From assembly GCA_965216465.1 (NCBI GenBank), contig CBDCFW010000006.1:160001-224000 (forward strand): DNA of 64,000 nucleotides. The letters are read 5' to 3'. A program made the translations under genes and the position numbers. The DNA comes from Bacteroidia bacterium (GTDB lineage: Bacteria; Bacteroidota; Bacteroidia; NS11-12g; UBA9320). The notes beneath the pieces are model-generated. The model made no database searches. It was not told where the DNA came from and saw only the letters and a program-made list of their open reading frames with translations. Within the stretch, counting starts at the first letter, position 1. Each line of letters starts with the position of its first letter. Of this stretch, positions 10,802-20,424 are shown one piece after another.

Positions 10802-11989
10802 ATGAATCTTACCGATAAGATAAAGTCAATGGCAGATTCCATATTTAACAATATGGTGAGCACACGAAGGCATTTGCACCAAAATCCAGAATTGTCTTTT
10901 CAAGAATTCGAGACTACTAAGTTCATCTCCGAACGTCTTGCAGAGCAAGGTTACGACCTAAAAAAGATTACGGAAACAGGGGGTTACATTGATATTAAGG
11001 GAAAGAATCCAGAGAAGAAGATAATAGCACTGCGTGGAGACATCGACGCCTTGCCTATTCATGAACTTAACAATACAGAATACGTCTCTAAAAATGAAGG
11101 CGTAATGCATGCGTGTGGGCATGATGTACATACCACTTGTGTGCTCGGTGCGTTTCAGATTCTAGATCAACTAAAAGATGAGTTTGAAGGTACAATTAGG
11201 TGCATTTTTCAACCTGGAGAAGAACGCTTACCTGGTGGTGCAAGCATTATGATCAAGGAAGGCGTATTAAAAAATCCAACCGTTGAAAAGATCTATGGAC
11301 AACATGTAATGCCACTCGTTGATGCCGGGAAAGTAGGTTTCAAGTCAGGTCAGTATATGGCCAGTGCCGACGAAATTTACATCACGGTTAAAGGAAAAGG
11401 TGGTCATGGTGCACACCCACATATGAATATTGACCCCGTTGTAATTGCAGCTCAAATTATCACACAGCTTCAAACTGTGGTCAGTAGAAGTGCCAAACCC
11501 AGTATACCTAGCGTTTTAAGCATTGGAAAGGTTATTGCTGAAGGTGCTACCAATGTGATTCCGAATGAAGTTTACATGGAAGGTACATTCCGCACCTACG
11601 ACGAAGAATGGAGAATGAAGGCTCACGCCATGATTGAAAAAATCTGTAGTGAGATTAGTGAACTTCATGGTGCTAAATGTGATGTTGAAGTTAAAAAAGG
11701 CTATCCTTTTTTAAACAATGATGAAGAACTTACAGATCAAGCTCGACAATGGGCTGTTCAATACTTAGGCAAAGACAATGTGGTTGACCTTGAAATTTGG
11801 CCAGCTGGAGAAGACTTTGCATACTATTCTCAAGAAATCCCTGCTTGTTTCTACCGCCTCGGCGTAAGAAATGATGAATTGGGAATAAATTCCATGGTTC
11901 ATACCCCAACTTTTGATATCGACGAACAGGCGTTAAAGGTGGGTGCAGGATTAATGGCCTACCTAGCCATTAATCAACTCAATGCATAA
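10802..11989 (+). CDS. M20D family amidohydrolase
   Basis: RRHLHQNPELS, RGDIDALP, MHACGHDVH, FQPGEE, GGHGA.PH, EDF. Confidence 0.93.
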   Translation: MNLTDKIKSMADSIFNNMVSTRRHLHQNPELSFQEFETTKFISERLAEQGYDLKKITETGGYIDIKGKNPEKKIIALRGDIDALPIHELNNTEYVSKNEGVMHACGHDVHTTCVLGAFQILDQLKDEFEGTIRCIFQPGEERLPGGASIMIKEGVLKNPTVEKIYGQHVMPLVDAGKVGFKSGQYMASADEIYITVKGKGGHGAHPHMNIDPVVIAAQIITQLQTVVSRSAKPSIPSVLSIGKVIAEGATNVIPNEVYMEGTFRTYDEEWRMKAHAMIEKICSEISELHGAKCDVEVKKGYPFLNNDEELTDQARQWAVQYLGKDNVVDLEIWPAGEDFAYYSQEIPACFYRLGVRNDELGINSMVHTPTFDIDEQALKVGAGLMAYLAINQLNA

Positions 11990-12344
11990 AATTCAGCTCG
12001 GAAAAGAAGGAGAAGAATTAGCCGCCGCTCATCTTAAAAAACAAGGATATGCCATCCTAAAAATGAATTATCGCTATGGCCGATCTGAGATCGACATAGT
12101 TGCAAAACAAGGAGAAATCATAGTCTTTGTAGAAGTAAAAACTCGATTGTCAACGCAATACGGACTACCCGAAGAATCCGTTTCGACTAGTAAAATCAAG
12201 CAGATTGCTTATGGTGCAGAAGGCTACTTAGTTGAGAATAACCTAAATTTGGAATGTCGCTACGATATAATTTCAGTGGTGATGAAGAATGGCCGTTTTG
12301 AGCTTACTCATCTTGAAGATGCTTTTTGGCCTGGATTGTATTAA
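11982..12344 (+). CDS. YraN family (UPF0102) nuclease-fold protein
   Basis: GKEGE..A, EIDIVA, FVEVKTR, RYDII. Confidence 0.9.
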   Translation: MHKIQLGKEGEELAAAHLKKQGYAILKMNYRYGRSEIDIVAKQGEIIVFVEVKTRLSTQYGLPEESVSTSKIKQIAYGAEGYLVENNLNLECRYDIISVVMKNGRFELTHLEDAFWPGLY

Positions 12345-12502
12345 TGATGAACAAGCTTATACTTTTTGTTGGTGGACAGAAGCTTCCTGCTCTCAGTGAG
12401 ACAGTTGGTCCTTTAATTCTGTTCCTTGCCCAAGCCGCAATATTAATTGCCTTCTTAGTGGCTATATATTTTGTTACTCGGCGCAGACGGAGTAACAACT
12501 AA
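12344..12502 (+). CDS. Small single-TM protein (52 aa), absent from the ORF track
   Basis: ATG overlaps the yraN stop (TAATG); MMNKLILFVGGQKLPALSETVGPLILFLAQAAILIAFLVAIYFVTRRRRSNN. Confidence 0.55.
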   Translation: MMNKLILFVGGQKLPALSETVGPLILFLAQAAILIAFLVAIYFVTRRRRSNN

Positions 12503-12538
12503 TTTGTCAGGAATTATACATCCATCGTTTTTATAGCC

Positions 12539-12922
12539 ATGAAAAAGTACATTTTACCCGCTCTTCGATTTATAGCCGCACTTATCTTAGTTCAATCGCT
12601 ATTCTTTAAATTTTCTGGTGCCGAAGAAAGTGTATACATCTTCACCACATTAGGCCTTGAACCTGTAGGAAGAATTGGGATAGGCATCGCCGAACTGATT
12701 GCTGCTACTCTTCTTCTTATACCAAAGACCATTTGGCTAGGGGCCGGATTGACAGTAGGTGTTATTTCAGGAGCAATTTTCTCCCACTTAACTACATTAG
12801 GCATTGAGGTAAAGGATGATGGAGGTTACTTATTCATGCTCGCTTTAATTACTTTTATTAGTGCCGCAATAGTGCTTTGGAATTATCGCAAAGACATCCC
12901 AATAATTGGGTCGAAATTATAA
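12539..12922 (+). CDS. DoxX-like membrane protein
   Basis: QSLFFKFSGA.ESVYIF..LG.EP.GRIG.G..EL, GAI.SHL. Confidence 0.85.
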   Translation: MKKYILPALRFIAALILVQSLFFKFSGAEESVYIFTTLGLEPVGRIGIGIAELIAATLLLIPKTIWLGAGLTVGVISGAIFSHLTTLGIEVKDDGGYLFMLALITFISAAIVLWNYRKDIPIIGSKL

Positions 12923-13010
12923 TCATTCTATTCTTGTTAACAACCCGGTTGTTTTATTAACAATGGGGCTTTGAGCCTGCTTCTTTGCGGATATTTGCAG
13001 TTCACATTCA

Positions 13011-14267
13011 ATGAATTACAAAGATCTGCGTCCCGAAAGTTTAATGATGTCTTATGGCTATAAGCCTGAGTTATCTGAGGGTTCGATTAAGTGCCCTATT
13101 TTTCAAACTTCAACCTTCGTTTTCAAAACCGCCGAAGAAGGAAAAGCATTTTTTGAAGTAGCTTATGGTCTAAGAGAAAAAGACCCAAAAGAAGAACTAG
13201 GACTAATATATAGTCGCTTAAACAATCCAGATCTCGAAATTTTGGAAAATCGATTGACCTTATGGGATAAAGCAGAAGATTGTGCAGTTTTTGAAAGTGG
13301 CATGTCTGCAATTTCAACTGTTTTTCTTGAATTCTTAAAACCCGGAGACTTATTAGTATACAGTTCTCCTACCTATGGAGGTACCGACCACTTCATAAAC
13401 CATGTGCTGACCAGCTTTGGAATTCATGTTTTAGGCTTTAAGGCAGGCCAATCGAAGAAGGAGGTAAAAGAATTAATCGACCAATCTGGTCATGCTGATA
13501 GACTTGCATTGATGTATGTCGAAACTCCAGCAAATCCAACCAATGCACTAATTGATATAGAAGCTTGCAAGGATGTTGCTCGATCGTATTCAACCGCTGA
13601 CAAAGAGGTTTATCTGGCTGTTGATAACACCTATATGGGACCACTTTGGTCTCACCCATTAGAGCATGGAGCGGATCTTGTGGTTTACTCTGCTACCAAG
13701 TATATTGGAGGCCATAGCGACGTCATTGCCGGTGCATGTTTAGGAAATTCCGCTCTACTGGCTAGAGTGAAAGCTCTAAGAACTTTTTTAGGAAATATGG
13801 CTGGTCCATGGACCGGATGGCTGCTCATGCGAAGCTTAGAGACTTTAAAAGTACGTATGGAGACTCAAGCAGCTAATGCGGTAAAAATTGCAGATTTCTT
13901 GAAAGAACATCCAAAGGTTGAAAGAGTATATTACCTCGGATTTGTGAATGAAGAAGATGATCCAGAAGCTTATCGAATTTTCAAGAAACAGTATTCAAGT
14001 ACAGGGGCTATGATCGCATTTGATATTGCTGGTGGAGAAGCTGAAGCTTTCAAATTCTTAAACAGTCTAAAACTCATGAAGCTCGCTGTTAGCTTAGGGA
14101 GCACAGAAAGTTTGGCAGAACACCCAGCTACAATGACTCACGCAGACGTGTCTTCTGAAGACAAAGAACAGATGTTTATCACCGAAAAACTTGTACGTCT
14201 CTCAATTGGAGTTGAGAACTACCTTGATTTGATTTGGGATTTAGAGCAGGCCTTAGATCAAGTTTAG
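13011..14267 (+). CDS. Cystathionine gamma-synthase / methionine gamma-lyase family PLP enzyme
   Basis: YSRL.NP, SGMSAI, ETPANP, VDNT, SATKYIGGHSD (PLP Lys), SLG.TESL. Confidence 0.92.
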   Translation: MNYKDLRPESLMMSYGYKPELSEGSIKCPIFQTSTFVFKTAEEGKAFFEVAYGLREKDPKEELGLIYSRLNNPDLEILENRLTLWDKAEDCAVFESGMSAISTVFLEFLKPGDLLVYSSPTYGGTDHFINHVLTSFGIHVLGFKAGQSKKEVKELIDQSGHADRLALMYVETPANPTNALIDIEACKDVARSYSTADKEVYLAVDNTYMGPLWSHPLEHGADLVVYSATKYIGGHSDVIAGACLGNSALLARVKALRTFLGNMAGPWTGWLLMRSLETLKVRMETQAANAVKIADFLKEHPKVERVYYLGFVNEEDDPEAYRIFKKQYSSTGAMIAFDIAGGEAEAFKFLNSLKLMKLAVSLGSTESLAEHPATMTHADVSSEDKEQMFITEKLVRLSIGVENYLDLIWDLEQALDQV

Positions 14268-14743
14268 CCCAATTGGTGCTCTTTCTTGAGAAATTCTAAG
14301 AAGCCAGTGCAGCTTCTTTTAAGTGTTTCATAACAAACATCAAACCCATCCTCGTTTCCAAACCAAGGGTCAATCACATTTGAACCTGGGTTTAGCGTAT
14401 CAAATTCTCGCATCATATACAGTGAACTGTTAAAAGATGACACCAAGCTTAACGCATTGTGCTTATTGCTATCGTCCATAACCACGATGTAATCAAACTC
14501 TTCAAAATGATATGCTTTTAATTGCTGAGCTCGATGATTAATTGGCGTATTATTTTTTCTTGCAACAGCTACTGTTCTAGGGTCGGGGGCTTCGCCTATG
14601 TGATAGGCAGCGGTTCCGCTACTTTCAACATGAAACTTATCTCTAAGACCTGCATTAACTATCAATTCATTAAAAATTGCTTCTGCTAACGGAGACCTAC
14701 AAATGTTTCCAAGACATACAAACATCACCCCAATTCTTTCCAT
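14264..14743 (-). CDS. Low molecular weight protein-tyrosine phosphatase
   Basis: VCLGNICRSPLAE, DPW. Confidence 0.94.
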   Translation of the reverse strand: MERIGVMFVCLGNICRSPLAEAIFNELIVNAGLRDKFHVESSGTAAYHIGEAPDPRTVAVARKNNTPINHRAQQLKAYHFEEFDYIVVMDDSNKHNALSLVSSFNSSLYMMREFDTLNPGSNVIDPWFGNEDGFDVCYETLKRSCTGFLEFLKKEHQLG

Positions 14744-14932
14744 AGCACGAATATAGCAAAGTGATTATTTATACCGACTCAAAAAAAAGAGCTAAATTGC
14801 TCTTTGTCTGCACCTTACAACCAAAACATTTCTTATATACTTCGAAAACTGGGTTTGTAATAAAAAAAACTTCAGCGGATACTTGACATTACCGTCTAAT
14901 GTTTGATTTTTGCAGCAGTAAACAAGTAATCC

Positions 14933-15277
14933 ATGGAAAATATATTAATTGTATTAGGTATTTTAATTTTAGGTTCTGCAATCGGAGGTACTCAACTTCC
15001 TAAGTTACCAGGTGCTATCTTATCGTTAGGTGCACTTGTTCTAGCATTTTTCAATGGACATGCTCGCGAAAACATGATGAGCACCATGTTTATCATTCCT
15101 TTGTTATTTGTAGTTGTAGGTGTTGCTACCTACTTCGCAGAAAAGAAACTTGTTACAGAAGGAGCAAACGCAAGCAACATGACCAAATTATTGGGAGGAT
15201 CCATCTTCCAAGTAATTTTCATCGTTACATTAACGTTTTACTTCGTTTCTACTTTCTACTGGCCGTTTTTCAGCTAA
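14933..15277 (+). CDS. Hypothetical 4-TM membrane protein
   Basis: 114 aa, four hydrophobic segments; codon choice resembles the ribosomal genes. Confidence 0.75.
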   Translation: MENILIVLGILILGSAIGGTQLPKLPGAILSLGALVLAFFNGHARENMMSTMFIIPLLFVVVGVATYFAEKKLVTEGANASNMTKLLGGSIFQVIFIVTLTFYFVSTFYWPFFS

Positions 15278-15339
15278 AAACTGGCTTAATTTATCGTTCA
15301 CATCCTGACCATTTTAGCAAACTGTAGTAGGTTTGTTAT

Positions 15340-15849
15340 ATGGAAATTGCTTTAATAGTTGTTGGCATAATTCTTCTATTAGTTGGAATTGCTGGCAGCA
15401 TACTTCCTGGTCTCCCAGGACCACCAATAGCATTTGTAGCTCTTTTAATTCTCTTAATGCACGATAGTGCAAGTGCATCAATGGCCAATGGAAATTATGC
15501 TTGGTTAATCACCTATGGACTGATTACTGTCTTTATTACCATTATTGATTACTACATGCCCATCTGGGGAACCAAAAAATTTGGTGGAACTCGAGCTGGG
15601 AGCAGAGGCAGCACTATTGGTCTTATCCTAGGATTGGTGTTAACATTTGTTGTGCCTGGATTAGGGGCCATTGCTCTTTTGGCCGGACCCGCCGTAGGTG
15701 CTTATGTCGGTGAAAAGAATGCTGGTCAGGATAACAAAACAGCAATTCAATCCGCTAAAGGGTCTTTTTTAGGCTTTATAGCAGGGACTTTTATGAAAGT
15801 TGTTGTGGTGATTGCAATGGCAATTTACTTCACTCGATTAGTCATCTAG
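15340..15849 (+). CDS. DUF456 family membrane protein
   Basis: G.ILPGLPGPP, GTKKFGG, GP.VGAY.GE. Confidence 0.85.
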   Translation: MEIALIVVGIILLLVGIAGSILPGLPGPPIAFVALLILLMHDSASASMANGNYAWLITYGLITVFITIIDYYMPIWGTKKFGGTRAGSRGSTIGLILGLVLTFVVPGLGAIALLAGPAVGAYVGEKNAGQDNKTAIQSAKGSFLGFIAGTFMKVVVVIAMAIYFTRLVI

Positions 15850-17034
15850 CTTAACCATCTCAGCAATTGTTTTGCCAATGCTCAACGAGGATGTCGCCGC
15901 TGGAGATGGTGCATTGATTACATGAATAGCTCGTTTTTCAGTCACCAATTTGAAATCATCAAGTAATCCACCTGTACGATCACATGCTTGAGCACGTACT
16001 CCTGCAGGAGCAGGCACAAGATGCTCTTCTCTTATCTCAGGAATTAAACGTTGCAATGCCTTGGTAAATGCTTTCTTTGAAAATGAGCGATACATTTCAC
16101 CAAGACCGGTTTTCCAATATTTTCGAGCTACCTTTCTAAAGCCTTTCCACATCAAAGTGCCTAACAACTCTTTAAAATCAAAATCTGTTCTGTGGTAACC
16201 TTCTTTTCTAAATGCTAAAACAGCGTTAGGACCTGCCTCAATTCCACCTTGAATCATTCGTGTAAAATGAACTCCAAGAAATGGAAATGCTGGATCTGGA
16301 ACTGGATATATTAGGTGCTTTACCAAGTGTTCAGCTTCAGTGGTCAACTCATAATACTCTCCCCTAAATGGTATAATCTTAGTGTCAATCTTGCCAAGGT
16401 GCATTTTAGCCACTTCATCTGAATAGAGGCCTGCACAATTGATTACTACTTTACATTCAACAAAGTTCTTATTCGTAACGATTTGAACTTCATCAGACTT
16501 TTCTTCTATTGATTTCACCAAGGTGTTTAGCAAAATCTCTCCTCCACTTTGCGTTATGAGTTCAACTAGTTTAGCACAAACCTCTTTATAACTTATAATC
16601 CCAGTTTGAGGAACACGAATACCTTTTATTCCGTTAATATGAGGTTCAATCACTTTAAGGGCTTCAGTTTCGAGCCACTCCAACCCTTCTAGTCCATTTT
16701 CTCGGCCTCGATCAAAGAGGGTTCGTAGTCTACCGAGTTCTGACTCATCAGTAGCAACAACTACCTTTCCGCATAAATCGTATTTAATTTTATACTCGTC
16801 ACAAAAAGCTAGCAACATGTGGTAGCCATCTATACAATTTTTAGCTTTTAAGCTTCCCGGTTTATAATAAAGTCCAGAGTGAATTACACCGCTGTTATTC
16901 CCCGTTTGATGGTGAGCTATTTCTGACTCCTTTTCAAGAACAACAATTTTCTTGCCTTCAAACTTTTTACTTAAATGGTAAGCGGTAGCGAGGCCAACTA
17001 TTCCTCCTCCAACAATAGCAATATCTGCTTTCAT
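15838..17034 (-). CDS. lhgO: L-2-hydroxyglutarate oxidase
   Basis: GGGIVGLAT, HQTGNNSGVIHSGLYYKPGSLKA, YPVPDPAFPFLGVHFTR, NAPSPAATSS. Confidence 0.9.
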   Translation of the reverse strand: MKADIAIVGGGIVGLATAYHLSKKFEGKKIVVLEKESEIAHHQTGNNSGVIHSGLYYKPGSLKAKNCIDGYHMLLAFCDEYKIKYDLCGKVVVATDESELGRLRTLFDRGRENGLEGLEWLETEALKVIEPHINGIKGIRVPQTGIISYKEVCAKLVELITQSGGEILLNTLVKSIEEKSDEVQIVTNKNFVECKVVINCAGLYSDEVAKMHLGKIDTKIIPFRGEYYELTTEAEHLVKHLIYPVPDPAFPFLGVHFTRMIQGGIEAGPNAVLAFRKEGYHRTDFDFKELLGTLMWKGFRKVARKYWKTGLGEMYRSFSKKAFTKALQRLIPEIREEHLVPAPAGVRAQACDRTGGLLDDFKLVTEKRAIHVINAPSPAATSSLSIGKTIAEMVKLDD

Positions 17035-17087
17035 GAATACGACGAAGGTAGCATATCCGTTAAAAAGTAAAAGATTTAGGAAGCATT

Positions 17088-20000
17088 TTATTCAAAACCC
17101 TGCAAGGGAGGAGCACCAAGCTCATCAAGCTCAGCCTCAATTTGATTAAGCACTTCTGCTATGGCATCAAGTTTGGCATTCATTTCCGTCATCATTTCTT
17201 GTGCCATTTTGAGGTTTTCTCTGGATGTTTGAGTTGGACCATGAAGACTTCCGTACATCGGTGCTCCAGCAGCTGTAATTCTACTATTTATGCTAGGTAA
17301 ATTTTTCTCACCGACTTGATTCTTGGTTTGATAGCCATATAATTCTTTAGAGATAGACTTCAGCTTTTTGTGCTCATCATTAAGTTTTTGATGCACTGCA
17401 GAAATATCACCGCTTGCATTAAGTAATGATACCGCTAAGGCACTTGCCAAACGGTTAAGTTCATTGAACTTGAAGTTGAGATTATTGCGTTCACCACTTG
17501 CTCTCAAATACTCTTCGTAGTAAGTCTCACGTGTTTCTTTTGTTACAGGTGCTAAGCTCGGTTCATGTAATCGGTTCACATGGAATTGAACCGGTGTAGA
17601 AAGAGTTATCAATTCTCCACTGATTGACTTCACAATTTCTGCTGTATAAACCCCTTCGCTTACCATAAATCCTCTGGCTTCATTGCTGCCTGGTTTTGCT
17701 CTTTGACTTATTGGTAGAATTAGCATGCTTCTCAAATTCCATGAAACACGATGAAACCCTTTTGAATGTGCGACTTTTTGTCGACTAATAACCTTTCCCG
17801 TTTCATCTCGAATGACCAACCAGTAGGCAACCTTGTCTTCCATTTTTTCGGCTTCAAGATTGTCCCAGCCTGGAAAATCAATATCTCGTTCTTCTTTGTT
17901 GCAAGCCCGTTCTTCTTTCTTTCTCAACTTACTTGGACTTGTATAATCTTCTGAAACAAAATAGGTAAACATTGCCCCAAACTGTGGATTTTGACCCACA
18001 AAATGCTGACCACCCAGCGAACCGGTATTTCCTCGTCCAGTACCTCTTGGCACAAACAAATCTGCATCACGAAGACTGAACAAACTTGTTTCTGCCTCTA
18101 GCATAGTGTCATTCAACTCTCTTAAAAATGAATAGTCATCAAACACATAGATTCCTCTACCAAATGAAGCAATTACTAAGTCATTTTCTCTCTTTTGAAT
18201 CGCTAAATCTCTTATGGAGATGGTTGGTAGTCCTCCTGATAATTTATGCCAGTGCTTGCCACCATTTATTGAAGTATACAGGCCAAACTCTGTACCTATG
18301 AAGAGTAGATTTGGATTAACATGGTCTTGAACAATTCGCCATACGTAGTTATTCTCTGGCAAATTCGATGATATCAATTTCCAGCTTTTACCTTTATTTC
18401 TACTTACATATACATAGGGCTTGTAATCTCCTGATTTGTGATTATCTAGCAGTAAATAAACCGTGTTAGCATCGTGAAGGTCTGCTTTAATATCATTCAC
18501 ATAGGCTCTTTTGGGAGACCCTGGCAAATTCTTAACATCGGTGGTCGACCATTCTTTCCCTGCATTGTCGGTTACATGTATTAGTCCATCATCTGTGCCG
18601 ATATAAATTAAATCCCTTTGCAATGGACTTTCAGAAATTGAAGTAATGGTATTGTAGTTACTCATTGCATATACATCCCACGCATTGTTATAGCTTTGCT
18701 TTCTGCCCATAATTGGCAGATCAAATCGCTCTTCATTTCTTGTAAGGTCGTTAGACAACCGCTCCCATGAATCTCCCCTGTCGTTTGATCTCCATAAATG
18801 TTGAGAAGCCACATAAATCTGAGCCGGATTATGCGGGCTTACTAAAATTGGGGCGTCCCAATTGTATCGCTCATAATGATCATTCTTCAACGGCTGAGGT
18901 TGAACTCTAACCCTTTCACCGGTTTTAACATCTATTCTAGAATAAAAGCCTTCTTGGCTTTGTGCGTACATGATATTTGGATTTCCTGGTTCTGTGGCAG
19001 GCTGATGTCCATCTCCACCTAAAACAACAGTCCACAAACCGGCTTCAATTCCACCTCGATGATCAGTACGTGAAGGTCCACCTTGTGTATTATTGTCTTG
19101 CGTTCCACCATAAATGGTGTAAAACGGCTTGCTATCATCAAGAGCTATTTTATAGTACTGAGTTAGTGGGAGGTTCCCAAAATGTCGCCAATTGGCTGCA
19201 TTGTCAAAGCTCTCATATAATCCTCCATCAGTTCCAACGAGTATATAATCTGGATCACTGCTTTTGAATGTAACGATGTGATTATCAACATGCTTTCGTT
19301 TGTTCGGTACGCGATTAAAAGTTTTCCCTCCATCATTAGAAACCTGAAGATAATTATTTGCCAGGTAGATTCTATCAAAGTGATGCGGACATGCCCAAAG
19401 CTCTTGATAGTAGTGAGGTCCTGTTCCGCCTGCAACTTTATCAGACATTTTGGACCAACTGGCACCTTGATTTTCACTTTTGTAAACCCCTCCTTTTTTA
19501 AGTTCTAGTTCCATTGCGGCGTAAACGACATCTGGATTAATAGGAGATATTGCTAAACCAATCTTCCCTACTACTCCACTAGGTAATCCTGTTTTAAGCT
19601 TTGTCCAGGTCTTTCCTCCGTCAGTGCTTTTGTGAATGCCAGATTTTGGCCCTCCACCTAGATAGGAAGCAACTGTTCGGTGACGTTGCCATGTAGCGGC
19701 ATACAACACATCTGGATTTCTTGGATCAATTAAAAGATCGGTTGCTCCGGTCCACTCATCGCTACTTAGTACCTTTTTCCACTTCTTACCTCCATTAATA
19801 GTCTTGTAAACCCCTCTTTCACCTCCGCCATTCCACAGTGGCCCTTGAGCAGCAACCCAAACGATGTTTGGGTCTGTTGGGTGTACGATTATTTTTGATA
19901 TGTGTTCTGAAGATCTTAACCCCATGTTAGTCCATGAGATTCCGCCATTGGTACTACGATAAATTCCATCCCCAATACTTACATGTCTACCTCCAACATT

Positions 20001-20345
20001 CTCACCTGTTCCAACCCAAATGGTACTAGAATTTGACGGGTCGATGGTAACACAGCCAATTGAGTATACAGCTTGTTTATCAAATATTGGCTTAAACGTA
20101 ACTCCTGAATTATGCGTTTCCCACACCCCACCAGAACCGGCTGCAACGTACCAATGATTTTCATCATTTTGATCGATTGCAATATCAGCTATTCTTCCAG
20201 ACATAAAACCAGGCCCTATACTCCTTAAATTTATACCGCCAAAAGTCAAACTATCCCATGTTGAGATTTTTTGACTGTAGACTTGAAAAGATGAAAGGAT
20301 AAAGAAGGTTAGTAGTATGCGTTTGAGAGGTTTATAATTGTTCAT
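17088..20345 (-). CDS. Secreted BNR/VPS10-like beta-propeller protein (sortilin/glycosyl hydrolase-like)
   Basis: Signal peptide; RSIGP..MSGRI; many S.DGG.TW Asp-box repeats; coiled-coil C-terminus. Confidence 0.88.
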   Translation of the reverse strand: MNNYKPLKRILLTFFILSSFQVYSQKISTWDSLTFGGINLRSIGPGFMSGRIADIAIDQNDENHWYVAAGSGGVWETHNSGVTFKPIFDKQAVYSIGCVTIDPSNSSTIWVGTGENVGGRHVSIGDGIYRSTNGGISWTNMGLRSSEHISKIIVHPTDPNIVWVAAQGPLWNGGGERGVYKTINGGKKWKKVLSSDEWTGATDLLIDPRNPDVLYAATWQRHRTVASYLGGGPKSGIHKSTDGGKTWTKLKTGLPSGVVGKIGLAISPINPDVVYAAMELELKKGGVYKSENQGASWSKMSDKVAGGTGPHYYQELWACPHHFDRIYLANNYLQVSNDGGKTFNRVPNKRKHVDNHIVTFKSSDPDYILVGTDGGLYESFDNAANWRHFGNLPLTQYYKIALDDSKPFYTIYGGTQDNNTQGGPSRTDHRGGIEAGLWTVVLGGDGHQPATEPGNPNIMYAQSQEGFYSRIDVKTGERVRVQPQPLKNDHYERYNWDAPILVSPHNPAQIYVASQHLWRSNDRGDSWERLSNDLTRNEERFDLPIMGRKQSYNNAWDVYAMSNYNTITSISESPLQRDLIYIGTDDGLIHVTDNAGKEWSTTDVKNLPGSPKRAYVNDIKADLHDANTVYLLLDNHKSGDYKPYVYVSRNKGKSWKLISSNLPENNYVWRIVQDHVNPNLLFIGTEFGLYTSINGGKHWHKLSGGLPTISIRDLAIQKRENDLVIASFGRGIYVFDDYSFLRELNDTMLEAETSLFSLRDADLFVPRGTGRGNTGSLGGQHFVGQNPQFGAMFTYFVSEDYTSPSKLRKKEERACNKEERDIDFPGWDNLEAEKMEDKVAYWLVIRDETGKVISRQKVAHSKGFHRVSWNLRSMLILPISQRAKPGSNEARGFMVSEGVYTAEIVKSISGELITLSTPVQFHVNRLHEPSLAPVTKETRETYYEEYLRASGERNNLNFKFNELNRLASALAVSLLNASGDISAVHQKLNDEHKKLKSISKELYGYQTKNQVGEKNLPSINSRITAAGAPMYGSLHGPTQTSRENLKMAQEMMTEMNAKLDAIAEVLNQIEAELDELGAPPLQGFE

Positions 20346-20424
20346 GTATAGGGACCAAATTTAGCCGAATTTTGAGATATCGAGCAATGAACTCTAATTT
20401 GGTTAATCTGTTACCTTTGTATCA

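Noticed and set aside
12304-12498. 64-aa minus-strand ORF
   Set aside because: The plus-strand 52-aa TM ORF coupled to yraN explains the region better
14883-14888. E. coli-type -35 box TTGACA
   Set aside because: No properly spaced TATAAT, and Bacteroidota use -33/-7 elements; it is also part of a small inverted repeat
20346-20424. SAM or cobalamin riboswitch ahead of the MetH fragment (also checked before 13011)
   Set aside because: The promoter box lies only 5 nt (13 nt for 13011) from the start, leaving no room, and no aptamer consensus is visible
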